The notes under the pieces are model-generated. The model ran no database searches and was not told the DNA's origin. It was given only the letters and a program-made list of their open reading frames with translations. From an uncultured Acidobacteriota bacterium (GTDB taxonomy: Bacteria > Acidobacteriota > JAQAZP01), in NCBI GenBank assembly GCA_963836075.1, contig CAWIIB010000001.1, positions 1,408,001 through 1,472,000 of the forward strand: a DNA stretch of 64,000 bases, written 5' to 3'. The position numbers were made by a program, and so were the translations under genes. Every line of letters begins with the position of its first letter. Within the stretch, counting starts at the first letter, position 1. Below are positions 1-11,500 of the stretch, piece after piece.

Positions 1-790
1 GCAGGCCCGGGGGCAGCTCCAGTTCCACCCGGCCGCGGAAGTGCGCCACGCGGTTCCAGACCCGGTCCAGGGCCGAGACGGTAACCCGCACGGTCCCGCC
101 CTTCTCCACCCAGGATTCGGCGGTGACGAAAAAGCCCACCGGGTTCCCGGCGGCCACATCCACCGTGGGATGCTGGGCGATGAGCGAGAAATACTCGTCG
201 CCGTCGCCGTCCACCTTGATGAAGAAGGTCTCGCCATGTTCGGCGTAGCGGTCGGCGATGGCCGCCCCGCCGGGACTGGACCCGCCGCCGGTGTCACCGT
301 AGACGAAAGTGATGGTCTCCCCCGCGTTCAGCGCCCTGCCCCTCACCCGGGCCACCATGAACGGGTGCTGCCCGGTGGACAGTTCCAGACGAACGCCGGG
401 GTCGGAGCAGGTGACCGTGGTATAGCCGGGATACTCGGGGAAGCGGTCCTGGGGCGGCGACCACTGCCAGAAGGGTGAGACCTGGAGCACCACACCCCCG
501 CCCTCGGCGATTCCCTGGTCTGCCGCGGTGTAGGTGATGGTCCATGTGCCGGGCGAACCGGCCACCGCCGGCCCGGACGCCTCCAGAGCGGCCGTCCCCT
601 GGCCGTCGGAGGGGGACGGCTCGCCCACCGGCTCCGCCATGTCGCCGTGATCCTCGTATTCCCCCGGCTCGCGAAGAGCCGCGTCTTCCCCACCGGGGCC
701 GCTGCAGGTCCAGGCACCGAGCAGCAGGGCCAGCAGGCACAGTATGGTCAAGCCCGGCCAGGTCTCCGTTCTGTTCAGGTTCTTCCTCAT
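1..790 (-). CDS. Secreted protein or lipoprotein, 5' part only (runs off the window); resembles the N-terminus of DUF3604/CehA-McbA-like metallohydrolases
   Basis: Manual translation from ATG at 790: MRKNLNRTETWPGLTILCLLALLLGAWTCSG (hydrophobic signal) ...DGQGTAALE...GTWTITYTAADQGIAEGGGVVLQVSPFWQWSPPQ. Absent from the ORF track, consistent with it running off the window. Family assignment is from recall. Confidence 0.55.
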   Translation of the reverse strand, partial: MRKNLNRTETWPGLTILCLLALLLGAWTCSGPGGEDAALREPGEYEDHGDMAEPVGEPSPSDGQGTAALEASGPAVAGSPGTWTITYTAADQGIAEGGGVVLQVSPFWQWSPPQDRFPEYPGYTTVTCSDPGVRLELSTGQHPFMVARVRGRALNAGETITFVYGDTGGGSSPGGAAIADRYAEHGETFFIKVDGDGDEYFSLIAQHPTVDVAAGNPVGFFVTAESWVEKGGTVRVTVSALDRVWNRVAHFRGRVELELPPGL

Positions 791-983
791 TCGAGCTCCA
801 GGTTCACAGTATGCCGGGGATGCCCCCTGTCCGCCGCGACCCATCATGTTTGCACCGGGCAGGTGCCGAGTCAAGGGAAAGATCAGGTCAGGGAGATCCC
901 GGCCTTTTCCGTTCACCGGCAAAGCGGTACAATGGTTGGTCAGCGTCGCCGGAGTAAACGGCCGCTCGCCTGGAGAGAAAGTG

Positions 984-1842
984 ATGCCCGCCACCGAAAA
1001 GCTGATCCGCACCGCGGAGGGAAAGGCGCAGCTCCGCCTGGTCAACGGCGACTGCCTCGCCGGGATGGGCAACCTGGAACACGGTTCGGTGGACGTGGTG
1101 GTCACCTCGCCGCCCTACAACCTGGGGATCAAGTACCGAGGAATACGACGACGGCGGTTCGCGGTCCGACTACCTCCGGTGGACCGGCCGCTGGTTCGCG
1201 GCGGTGAAGCGGCTGCTGGGCCATCAGGGCTCCTTCTTTCTCAACGTCGGTTCCCGTCCCCGCGATCCCTGGGTGCCCTTCGAGGTGCTGGGTGTGGCCC
1301 GCGAGCATTTCCGGTTGCAGAACGTCTTCCACTGGGTCAAGTCGATCTCGGTGCTCAAGGAGGATGCGGGCCGCTACCCGGCAATCACCGACGATGTGGT
1401 GGTGGGGCACTACAAACCGATCAATTCCAAACGATTTGTCAATGACTGTCACGAATACATCTTCCACCTGACCCAAAACGGGGACGTGCCGCTGGACCGC
1501 CTGGCCCTGGGGGTGCCCTACCAGGACAAGAGCAATGTCACCCGCTGGGCCGCCGCCGGGGGTCGCGACCTGCACTGCCGGGGAAACACCTGGTTCATCC
1601 CCTACGAGACAATCACCCGCCGGTCCAAGGATCGGCCCCATCCGGCCACCTTTCCACCACGGCTGCCCGAGATGTGCCTGCGGATCCACGGGCTGGAACG
1701 TCTGGGGCTGGTACTCGACCCCTTCATGGGCCTGGGCAGCACCGGTACAGCCTGCCGCAGGCTGGGCAAGAACTTCGTCGGCTTCGAGAAGGTGACGCCC
1801 TACTTCCTGGAAGCGGCACGGCGCCTGGAGAACGGGATATGA
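984..1842 (+). CDS. Site-specific DNA methyltransferase (N4-C/N6-A, beta class), split by one frameshift near 1137
   Basis: NGDCL...DVVVTSPPYN (motif IV) in the first frame. HPATFP and VLDPFMGLGST (SAM-binding motif I) in ORF 1204..1842. Removing one base at 'aagtaccgag' gives KYEEYDDGGSRSDYLRWTGRWFAAVKRLL in frame. Confidence 0.85.
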
Positions 1843-2483
1843 CCGGGTCAGACACCACACCCCGGTATCGAATGCAGGAATTCTATGGCCGGGCGCTGTG
1901 GCTGATCTACCGGCTCTACTCCGCCACCTTCCGTTACCGCCTGCACGCCGATCCCGCAGACATGGAAGCCGCCCTGGCCGATCTGAACGACCGGGCACCC
2001 AAACCGGGAAACAACTACATCTATGCCTTCTGGCACCAGGACGAGCTGGCGCTGCTGCCCTATTTCCGCAACCGGGACATCGTGGCCATGGTTTCCGACT
2101 CCCGGGACGGGACCATCATGGCCACCGCCCTGGAGTGCTTCGGCTACCTGACCACCCGCGGCTCGTCCACCAGGGGCGCGGTCAGGGGATTCATCGCCTC
2201 GATCCGCATGATCAAAAAGGGCTACAAATTCACGATGGCGGTGGATGGCCCGAAAGGTCCGATCTACAAGACCAAGGAGGGGATCATCCGCCTCTCGCAA
2301 AAGTCGGGGCGTCCCATTTACCCCATGCGCGCCTGGCCCGAGCGCTACTTCACCTTCAGAAAGGCCTGGAACCAGGCCAAACTCCCCCTGCCCTTCACCA
2401 GGGTTCACATCGTGGTGGGCAAGGCCGCCATGTACTCCCGCGAGGAAATGGACGACGCACTGAACGCGCTGGTCAACAGGTGA
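1839..2483 (+). CDS. DUF374 / lysophospholipid acyltransferase-like family protein
   Basis: YAFWH, VSDSRDG, RGSSTRGA and AVDGPKGP motifs. Its ATG overlaps the methyltransferase stop (ATGA). Confidence 0.85.
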   Translation: MTGSDTTPRYRMQEFYGRALWLIYRLYSATFRYRLHADPADMEAALADLNDRAPKPGNNYIYAFWHQDELALLPYFRNRDIVAMVSDSRDGTIMATALECFGYLTTRGSSTRGAVRGFIASIRMIKKGYKFTMAVDGPKGPIYKTKEGIIRLSQKSGRPIYPMRAWPERYFTFRKAWNQAKLPLPFTRVHIVVGKAAMYSREEMDDALNALVNR

Positions 2484-2493
2484 CTGTCACCTT

Positions 2494-3744
2494 TTAGAAG
2501 ATCCCCAGCATGCCGACGACGCAGCCGGTCATCATGGTGGCCAGGGTGCCGGCGACGATTGAACGCAGACCCAGGTCCACCACCTCGCCGCGGCGCTCAG
2601 GGGAGATGGCGCCCATCCCGCCGATCATGATCCCCACCGAGCCGAAGTTGGCAAAGCCGCACATGGCGTAGATCATGATCAGCCGGCTGCGCGGGGAAAG
2701 AGCGCCCTCGGGCAGGTTGGCCAGTTGGATGTAAGCCAGCATCTCGTTGAGCACCACCTTGGTCCCCATCAGCGAACCGGCCACCCGGGCTTCGGACCAG
2801 TCAACACCCATCAGCCAGACCAGGGGCGCCATGAGCCAGCCCAACAGCCGCTCCATGCTCACCGCTTCGCCGCCCCAGTGGGGCAGCAGGCCGAGACCGG
2901 CGTTGACCAGGAAGACCAGGGCGACAAAGACCACCAGCATGGCCACGATGTTGAGCAGCAGTTCCAGGCCCTGGAGGGTGCCGCGGGTGACGGCATCCAT
3001 GGAGCTGCGGGTCTCCGGCCTGATGTTGAAGTCGCCCTCCCGGGGAGTGCCGGACTCGGGGATCATCAGCTTGGCCACGGTGATGGCCGCCGGGGCACTG
3101 ATCACCGAGGCCACCAGCAGGTGGCCCAGCACACCATCGATGACGCCGCCGAGGATGTTGGCGTAGAGCACCATCATCGTCCCGGCAATGGTGGCCATGC
3201 CGCCGGCCATGATGGTGAACAGTTCGCTGCGGGTCAGGCCGGCGAAGTAGAGGCGGATGAAGAGAGGGGCCTCGATCATCCCCACAAAGATGTTGGCCGA
3301 AGTGCCAAGGGACTCACAGCCGCTGATCCCCATGGTCTTGCGCAGGACAAAGGAGAATGCGCCGACCACCCGCTGGAGGATGCCCCAGTGGAAAAGCAGT
3401 GCGGTGAGGGCCGACATCAGCAGCAGCAACGGCAGGCCGCGGCAGGCGAGGACGTAGGAGGCACCGGGGGACAATTCCTCAAACGGGAGGTCGGCGCCGC
3501 CAAGGAAACCAAAGACAAATGACGTCCCGGCCCTGGTGGCGTCCTCCAGCAAGGTCACCAGCCGGTTGAGCAGATGGAAAAAGGCCCGGCTTCCCGGGGA
3601 GCGGATAAAGAGCAGACCAAAAGCCAGTTGGAGCAGGACACCGGCGATCACCGGCCTCAGCCGGACCTTGCGCCGCGCTTCCGAAAAGAGCCAGGCCAGA
3701 CCCAACAGGACGAGGAGACCGAAGGCGCTCTGCAGACGTTCCAT
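2494..3744 (-). CDS. nupC: NupC/CNT family Na+/H+:nucleoside symporter
   Basis: ANIFVGMIEAPL, GMATIAGT, KVVLNE and MCGFANFGSVGIMIGG motifs; multiple TM segments. Confidence 0.92.
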   Translation of the reverse strand: MERLQSAFGLLVLLGLAWLFSEARRKVRLRPVIAGVLLQLAFGLLFIRSPGSRAFFHLLNRLVTLLEDATRAGTSFVFGFLGGADLPFEELSPGASYVLACRGLPLLLLMSALTALLFHWGILQRVVGAFSFVLRKTMGISGCESLGTSANIFVGMIEAPLFIRLYFAGLTRSELFTIMAGGMATIAGTMMVLYANILGGVIDGVLGHLLVASVISAPAAITVAKLMIPESGTPREGDFNIRPETRSSMDAVTRGTLQGLELLLNIVAMLVVFVALVFLVNAGLGLLPHWGGEAVSMERLLGWLMAPLVWLMGVDWSEARVAGSLMGTKVVLNEMLAYIQLANLPEGALSPRSRLIMIYAMCGFANFGSVGIMIGGMGAISPERRGEVVDLGLRSIVAGTLATMMTGCVVGMLGIF

Positions 3745-3777
3745 TTTGACGCCCTATAAAAAGGTCAGAAGTGGTTT

Positions 3778-4131
3778 CTAGTCCAGGTCGATTTCCCGGA
3801 TAGGCCGACCGGTGTCCTTCTCCTTTGCCGCCCGTTTCTGCGCCTCTCGGAATTTGCGGTCGAGGATGTCGGACCGGTTTTTTCGCTCTTCCATTGCCTT
3901 GGCAAACTTCCGACCGGCGGTTTCCCTCCCCTGGCGGAGACTGCTGGCCAAGTCGTCAAGCGAGGCCTTCTTGCCCGAGGGCGCCTGCTTCTTGTGGCTC
4001 AGAACTGCGCCGGTGGCCAGGTCCACGGTCATCAGGGCCCCGCACTCGACACAGATCACGTCGAGGGTCGCCGGGGCCTCTTCCCTGGTGGTCGTCACTT
4101 TTCTATCCTGATCCGGTTTGTCCATTTTCAT
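3778..4131 (-). CDS. Small hypothetical protein with CxxC zinc-ribbon and helical C-terminus
   Basis: VICVECGALMTVDLATGAVL followed by a charged helical tail ending PIREIDLD; GGAG upstream of ATG 4131. Confidence 0.7.
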   Translation of the reverse strand: MKMDKPDQDRKVTTTREEAPATLDVICVECGALMTVDLATGAVLSHKKQAPSGKKASLDDLASSLRQGRETAGRKFAKAMEERKNRSDILDRKFREAQKRAAKEKDTGRPIREIDLD

Positions 4132-4371
4132 GTCACTCCATGATCCGTAAGCTCCGGAAACCAGCCGGGGGAATGATACCCCATCGATGGGCCCCGTTCC
4201 ATGGAAGGTCCCTCCGGCTGGCACCGAGCGGCCTAACCTGTTTCCGTACAGGGGGATCGCCGGCCCGTCTTCCTGCTTGCGCGGACCGGCCGGAAAGACT
4301 AGAATTCGCTCTTGCAAATCGCCGGGACACCCCGGGAAAGGTATGGAGCACGGAAACCCAGAGGATGAGAC

Positions 4372-6243
4372 GTGAGCAAGGATATCTACAACGTCGGGGC
4401 ATATGAGAAGTTTGCCCGCGAACTGGTCCGGGCCCTGGAAGGGCCGAACATCAAGCGGGTGAGCCTGCGCAAACTTCGAGGCAAGGCGCGCAAGACCGGA
4501 ATGAAGACCATTTTCGGCTCCTACGGCTGGCGCTCAGCCACCTCGAGCCGCATCGGGCCCCGCACAGTCTACCTTGGTGGACCGTCGGTCCGTCTGACCC
4601 GTCCCTCCGACCTGCACAATGAGCTGATCGCCAACTCCCCGGACGAATTGGAGCGGGTGCTGCACGTGATCCGCACCTTCCCCTTCTACCATCTGGAGCG
4701 CCAGATGGGTCTCAACGACCGGTTCAATCCCGCTGTAACCTCTACATGTCCGTCGCCGACCTGAAGAACTGCCGGCTTGCCTTACATGTGGGGCAACACC
4801 CTCGGCGACCCGCAGAGCCTGAAGAAACACCCCGGTCCCCGAGTTCACCATGATCCACATCCCGGAAGAGCATAAGATCCGGCAGCAGGTGCTGGCTATG
4901 CCCGAACTGAACATCAACATCGCCCTGGGCACCGACTACATGGGCGAGGACAAGAAGGGCTTCCTGCGCCAGGCGATGTACTACGCCGACAAGGAGGGCA
5001 TGCTCGGCCTCCACGCCGGGACCAAGATCGTCCACGCGCGTGGACGCGACAAGCGGCAAGCTGAAGAAATACGGCGTCTTCCTCTTCGGCCTCACGGCCA
5101 CCGGCAAGTCCACCTGGTCCTGCCACCAGCTGGGCCTCGACTACGGAAAGGGCGAGGAGACCGAGGTGGCCCAGGACGACATCGTCTTCCTCTGCGCGCG
5201 ACGGCTCCTCACTGGGCAGCGAAAGCGGGTTCTTCGTCAAGACCGACGTGGACGAAGCGCTGCAGGAGGCGATGTACAACGCGCTGATCGACAAGACGGC
5301 GCTGATGGAGAACGTGATGATCGACTCGGCGGGCCGTCCCGACTTCCTCGACGAGACGCTCTGCGCCAACGGCCGGGCGGTGATCCAGAAGAGCAGGTTG
5401 ATGGTGGAACGGCGGGGCCGGCTAAGGCCCATCGCATCCAAGGGCCTGAACACCCCGCCGCTGGACGAGGTGGACGGCATCATCTTCGCCTTCATCACCC
5501 GGCGCAACACCATCATGTCCTTCGCCCAGCGCCTGACCCCCGAGCAGGCGGTGCTGGCCTACCTCTGGGGCGAGTCGACCCACAGCTACGCCAGCCAGCC
5601 GTCCAAGGCCGGCGAGTCGGTGCGCACCGTGGGCACCGATCCGTTCATCGTCGGGTCCCGGGGGCACAAGGTGAACCACTTCCGCGACATCATCATGGAG
5701 TTGACGGAACAGTACCCCGGCAAGGTGAGCTTCTTCCAGTACAACACCGGCGGCATGGGCGAGATCATCGAAACGATCAACGAGGGCGGCGTAAAGAAGA
5801 AGAACATGATCCGCAAGGTGGAGCGGGTGCCGATCGACCTGATGGCCGCCATCCAGCGCGGCGACGTCAGGGGCACCAACAGTTACGAGATGGGCCCCCT
5901 GGGGGTGGAGCGGATCGTCAAGTGCATCGACGGTGACCTCGGCCCGTTCAACCCGGACAAGTTTTACTCTCCGGAACAGATTGACAGCTACATTAAGGAT
6001 CTGGTGGAGGGGCGCCGGCGATTCACTGAAGAGGTGGCCGAAGAGGGGCTGGCCACCGAAATCCTGCAGACCGCGGAAGAGTCATACCGCATCAGCCCTG
6101 ACGATCACTCCCGGGTCTTTGTCCGCCGGGCGGAAACACCTGACCCGAAGGCCGGCGAAGACACGTCCGCCGACAACGTGTTCAAGCCCTGGCGGCCGAG
6201 GGAGCGTCAGGGCAACAGCCGCACCGGGTGGCGTTACGGCTGA
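4372..6243 (+). CDS. Phosphoenolpyruvate carboxykinase (ATP)-like protein, fragmented by several single-base indels
   Basis: GTDYMGEDKKG, LHAGTK, P-loop FGLTATGKST, AQDD, ENV, NGRAVI and YNTGG motifs spread over ORFs 4372, 4850, 5040 and 5248. Most indels sit in short homopolymers. Confidence 0.8.
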
Positions 6244-6382
6244 GTCGCCTGGTACCGATCCGCCGAATTTCCTAATGGCCTAATCCCGCTGAATCGATGA
6301 GAAACAGAACGCGCCAGGTGCGCAGGCGGAAATAGCGCGCCCGCGCGCCGACCCGGGCAGTTGCGAAACCGGATGAGGGAAG

Positions 6383-8473
6383 ATGAGCGACTTCAAAGAA
6401 CGCATGGAGCAGATAATCGCCGGTGCCGGTCTGCTCCTGCCGACGAAGCCCGACCGCTACGACCCCGGCGACCGGATGACGGTGGATGTCACCGGCGTGG
6501 TTCCCGCCCGGCAGGGAACCGCCACCCTGGAGGTGGAGAAGTTCGTCGGCGGAGGTTTCGCAGGCCAGGTCTACCGGGTGCGGCTCATCGGGCTGGAAAC
6601 CCCTGAGGGGCCGCTGGAAGGCCTGGAAGAGGGCGGGACCTACGCGGTGAAAATCATCGTTCCGCCGTCAGGTTTTTCCCTGCTCTTCCGCAACACGCTG
6701 TACTGGCTTGCCTACCAGGGGCCGTTCTCGGCCCAGGTGAACGAGAACGCCGCCCGCAGCGGTGTCCTGTGGCAAAAGATGATCCGCCGCGCCGCCCGCA
6801 TCCATCTGGGTGACGAAGCTTCGGTGGTGGATACCTTTGCCACCTTTTTCGACAGCAACCTGGACAGCTATGCCGAAATCAACGAGTGGATCGAGGGCCG
6901 CACCTGGATTTACGAGGTGGAGGACAACCTGATCGGCCGTAACCGGCGAGTGCGCAAGGACGGCAGGATCATGGACGACGGTGGCGGCTCTCGCGAATAC
7001 CTGGAGAAGCGTTCGTTCATGATCCGCTTCGTGCGTATGCTGCACAATCTGGGCGCGCCCGAGTTCGCGCGGCAGTACGAGTGGTGGACGATGAAGAGCC
7101 AGCCCAACGTGCTCAAGCGGACCGCGGAGGGAGTGGAAGCCGGCGGCCGGCTCACCGCCATCGATTTTCGGGCCGGTCTGGCCCTGCTCCCCTTCCTGCC
7201 GATGAGCCCGGCCGACTTCCGCCTGATCCTCAACGGCCTTGGCCGGGGCGACCTGGTGCAGTTCGACCGGGGCAGCGTGGACAAACTGGAAGATTTCTGC
7301 CGGGAGAACCGTGACAGCTTCGCCGACCTCCAGCCGGCGCTGGAAGAGCTGAAAGTGCGCGACCAGGCCTACCGCGACTCGCTGCCCGACCTGACCCACC
7401 ACCACGTCCGCCTGCTCACCGACCGCAAGTTGCGCCATTCGGTGCGCGACGGCCTGGTGGACGGCTGGCGGGTGCGCGGCCAGGTGGACGAAGAACACGC
7501 CGTCCTGCTGAGCAAGTCCGGCTGGCGATTCCTGATTTTCCTGCTCGCCGGCGTGGTTCCGTTCCTCGGCCGGCTGTTTCGCCGGGCCTGGGGCAACGCC
7601 CTCTATCGCCGCCACCTGGGCCGGATGCTGCGCAGCTTCGGCTACTTTCGCCGCCGGCTTCGCGCCGGCCGTGCGGCAAAACTAATCGGCTGGCAACGGA
7701 ACGGCCGCGGTTCGAACAAGCGGCTGAGCCGGCTGGTGGACCGGCCTGTCCGGTTCTACGTTCAGCGGTTCCTCCTGGGCTGGCTGCCGGCGTCATGGCA
7801 CCGCTTCTTCACTGAACCCCGCTACGCCTGGGACCGGTTGAAAATCGCGGTCACCTATCCGGTGAAGCTCTATTTCAACGCCGCCTTCCGTGAAAAGTGG
7901 CTGATGGACCAGATCGACACCGGACAGCGCGACGGCATGCTGACCAGCGAGGAGGCGGACCAGATCAGGGCCAGTGCCCGGGACCCCTTCATCCAGAAAT
8001 ACCTCAAGTGCGTGGCGGTTCACCTCTGCACCGTCCCGGTGACCCAGGTCGTGGCCGTGATCCTCGCCGCCTGGGCCTCGCTGCGCTACGGAAAAAGCTG
8101 GGAGGAGGGGATGCTCTACGCCGGAGGCGTTCTGCTCTTCTTCCAGGCCACCCCCATCTCTCCGGGGTCGCTGGTCCGGGGCTTCTACGTGCTCTACCTG
8201 ATGATCAAGGAGCGGAACTGGCACAACTACCGCGTGGCGGTGTTCGTCTCCTTCTGGCACTACGTCGGCTACCTCGGGTTCCCGCTGCAGATGGTCACCG
8301 AATACCCCACCCTGGCCCGGTTCATGGCCGGCAACTGGGCCACCGGCATAGTGCGGATCATTCCCGTTTTCGGTGAAAAGGGCGCACTGATCGAACACTG
8401 GATTTACGACCTGTTCTTCAACCTGCCGATCACCCTGGGCCGGGTCTTCCGGCGCAAGAAGAAGCCCGCCTGA
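6383..8473 (+). CDS. Hypothetical membrane protein with N-terminal protein-kinase-like domain
   Basis: 696-aa ORF. GGGFAGQVY (Gly loop), YAVKI, QPNVL and AIDFRAG, plus C-terminal hydrophobic helices. Confidence 0.75.
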   Translation: MSDFKERMEQIIAGAGLLLPTKPDRYDPGDRMTVDVTGVVPARQGTATLEVEKFVGGGFAGQVYRVRLIGLETPEGPLEGLEEGGTYAVKIIVPPSGFSLLFRNTLYWLAYQGPFSAQVNENAARSGVLWQKMIRRAARIHLGDEASVVDTFATFFDSNLDSYAEINEWIEGRTWIYEVEDNLIGRNRRVRKDGRIMDDGGGSREYLEKRSFMIRFVRMLHNLGAPEFARQYEWWTMKSQPNVLKRTAEGVEAGGRLTAIDFRAGLALLPFLPMSPADFRLILNGLGRGDLVQFDRGSVDKLEDFCRENRDSFADLQPALEELKVRDQAYRDSLPDLTHHHVRLLTDRKLRHSVRDGLVDGWRVRGQVDEEHAVLLSKSGWRFLIFLLAGVVPFLGRLFRRAWGNALYRRHLGRMLRSFGYFRRRLRAGRAAKLIGWQRNGRGSNKRLSRLVDRPVRFYVQRFLLGWLPASWHRFFTEPRYAWDRLKIAVTYPVKLYFNAAFREKWLMDQIDTGQRDGMLTSEEADQIRASARDPFIQKYLKCVAVHLCTVPVTQVVAVILAAWASLRYGKSWEEGMLYAGGVLLFFQATPISPGSLVRGFYVLYLMIKERNWHNYRVAVFVSFWHYVGYLGFPLQMVTEYPTLARFMAGNWATGIVRIIPVFGEKGALIEHWIYDLFFNLPITLGRVFRRKKKPA

Positions 8474-8567
8474 CCCCATCTTGTCTCGCCAACCAGAAGA
8501 CAAAACCTCGCCTGTGGTTCGAGAGCCAGGCCTGCAGCGCCGCCATTGGACCGCTGACGATGTTCGA

Positions 8568-11500
8568 TCAGACGAAGATGTCGTTGATTTGCTGGAGCAT
8601 GTCGACTAACGAGAACGGCTTTTTAAGGAAGGCGTAGCCCCTGCTCTGGATCACCGGCCACTGCGACTTCTCGTCGGTGTACCCGCTGCAGAACATCACC
8701 TTGAGGTCCGGGTCAAGGGCCTGCAGCTCCTCCACCAGCTGCACGCCGCTGCGGTCAGTGAGCACCACGTCGCTGAACACCAGGTCGAATTCCCCGCCCT
8801 CTTCCCTGTAGAGCGCCATGGCTTCATCGGCGCTGGCCGCGGGAAAGACCTGGTAGCCGCTGCTGCCCAGCGCTTCGTTGATCAGGTCCCGAATGTCCTC
8901 CTCGTCCTCCACCAGCAGCACCCGTTGACCGGCGCCGCCAAGGCTCTCCAGGGGCACCTCGTCGTCGTCCCTCGCACTCACCTTTTCGCTGGTGGTCGGA
9001 ATGTAGACACTGAAACTGGTGCCTCGTCCCTGCTCGCTTTCCACGGTGATCCAGCCCTCGTGCTGCTGGATAATACCGAAGGCCACGGCCAGACCGAGGC
9101 CGGTGCCCGACTCGGACCCCTTGGTGGAGAAGAAGGGCTCGAAGATATGTTCGATCATCTGGTCCGGGATCCCCACCCCGGTGTCGCTGACGGTCAACCG
9201 CATGTAATTCCCGGGCCGCGAGCCGCTGACGCTGCGGCAATCGGCGCTGGTCATGGTCACATTTTCGGTGCGGAAGGTCAGCTTCCCGCCGTCGGGCATG
9301 GCGTCGCGCGAGTTGACCGCCAGGTTCATCACCACCTGCCCCAGGCTGCCCGAGTCGGCGCGCACCGCCCAGAGATTCTCTTCCAGCTCGGTCTCCATGG
9401 CGATGTCCTCACCGATCAGCCGTTCGAGCATTTTCAGCAGGTCTCTGACCACGTTGTTCACCGACAGGACCATCAACGTCATCGGCTGTTTGCGGCTGAA
9501 GAGGAGCAGCTGGTGGGTCAGATCGGCGGCCCTCAGGCTGGCCTGCTTCACCTGTTTCAAATACCAGTGAGACGGATCGGAATCAGCCGACTTGATCATC
9601 GCCAGGTCAACGTAGCCCTGGATGGCGGTGAGCAGGTTGTTGAAATCGTGGGCCACCCCGCCGGCCAGGGTACCCACCGCCTCCATTTTCTGCGCCTGGA
9701 GGAGCTGGGCCTGCATCCGCTCTTTCTCCTCCTCGGCCACCACCCGGCTGGTGATGTCCTCGTAGGTCCCGAGGATACCGATCACATCGCCCCCGGAGTT
9801 GTGCAGCGGCACCTTGTTGGAGTCGAGCCAGGCCTGCTTCCCGTCAGCCTGTGCCTGAGACTCGATGATGTGGAACTCGGGGATGTCGGCCGCCATCACC
9901 CGAGCGTCCGTCTCACGGAAGAGCTCTGCCTGCTCCGTGGTCCAGGCCAGGTCATGGTCGGTCTTACCGATGATCGCTTCCGACGATCCCACACCAGCGG
10001 CCTGGGCAAAGAGGTCGTTGCAGCCGAGGTAGACCGACTCGCGGTCCTTCCAAAAGACAAACTGGGGAATGGTGTTCATCACCAGCCGCAGCATGGCCCG
10101 TGACTCGCTCAGTTCCTCGTGGGCCCGCTCCCGTTCGGAAATGTCCCTGATGATGCCGGCGGCGTGCCACTTGCCGCGAATCTTCATCGCCGAAGTGGAG
10201 ATTTCAAAGGGGAAGGTGGAGCCGTCCTTCTTCAGCGCCATCAGCACCACTGTCCGGCCGATGACGTTGCCCCGGCCTTCCTTCTGGAACCGTCCGAACC
10301 CCTTGTAAAAGTCCCGGTGGTATTCTTCGGGAGCAAGAAACTGGTGCAGGTTCTGTCCCACCGCCTCCGCGGCGGAGTAGCCGAACATATTCTCGGCGGC
10401 CGGGTTCCAGTAAGAGATCAAACCGGTGTTGTCCATCAGGATGATGGCATCGGTGGCCGTTCCGGTGATCGCCCTGAATTTCTCCTCGCTTTCCCGCAGC
10501 GCCTGCTCGCCTTTCTTCTGATCGGTGATGTCGCGGATGATGCCCTGGTAGCCCACCGCCCGGCCCTCCGAGTCGTAGCGCTGGGAAGAGGTGAGCAGGC
10601 AATGCCGCTGATTGCCGTTTTTTCGCAGCAGCGTCACTTCGAACCCGCTCACCGAGCCGCTGGTCCGGATCGCCTCCTGGAACCGCTGCCGGTCATCGAC
10701 GTTGGCGTAGAGTGCCGCGGCGTTCATCCCGATCATCTCTTCCAGCGTGTAGCCGAAGAGTTCGAGGGCCGACCGGTTTACGGCGACGAACTTCCCCTCC
10801 ACCGTGGTGATGTAGATCGCGTCCAGCGATTCCTCGAACAGGGCGTGAAACTGTTCCTCGCTCTCCTTGAGCGCCTCCAGGGCCTGGCGCCGCTGGGTGA
10901 TGTCGTGGATGATCCCCTGGTAGCCGATGATGTCCCCGGACGCGTCACGGCGCAGGCTGGCGGTGAGCAGGCAGTGCCGCACACCACCCGATTTGTTGCG
11001 CAGGTCCAGCTCCCAGTCACGGACCGATCCCTCTTTTTCGATATACTCCTGGTAACGGAAGCGCTCTTCGGGATTGACGTAGAGGTCCGCGGCGCGCATG
11101 TTCATCAATTCTTCCCGATCGTAGCCGAAAAGATCCTGCGCCGACTGGTTGATTTCGACGAACCGGCCGTCGCGGCTGTTGATGAAGATCGCGTCCCGCG
11201 ATTCCTCGAACAGGGTGTGGAACCGCTCCTCGCTTTCCCGCAGGGCCTCCTCGGCCTTTTTCCGCTCCGCCAGTTCCCGCCGCAGCTTCTCGTTGGCTTC
11301 CCGCAGTTCCGTGGTCTTCTGCTCCACCTGGATGGTCAGTTCCTCCTGCACCCGCTTACGCTGGAAAAACTCGGGAATATCCACCATATCCGGAGTTCCG
11401 GAGAGAGCAAGGTTCTCGCCACCCATCAGGATCAGTTTCTCCCTGATTTTCGAGGGGTGGGCCATGATGAACCGGCACTGATCGTCACCGGCCGCCCGGC

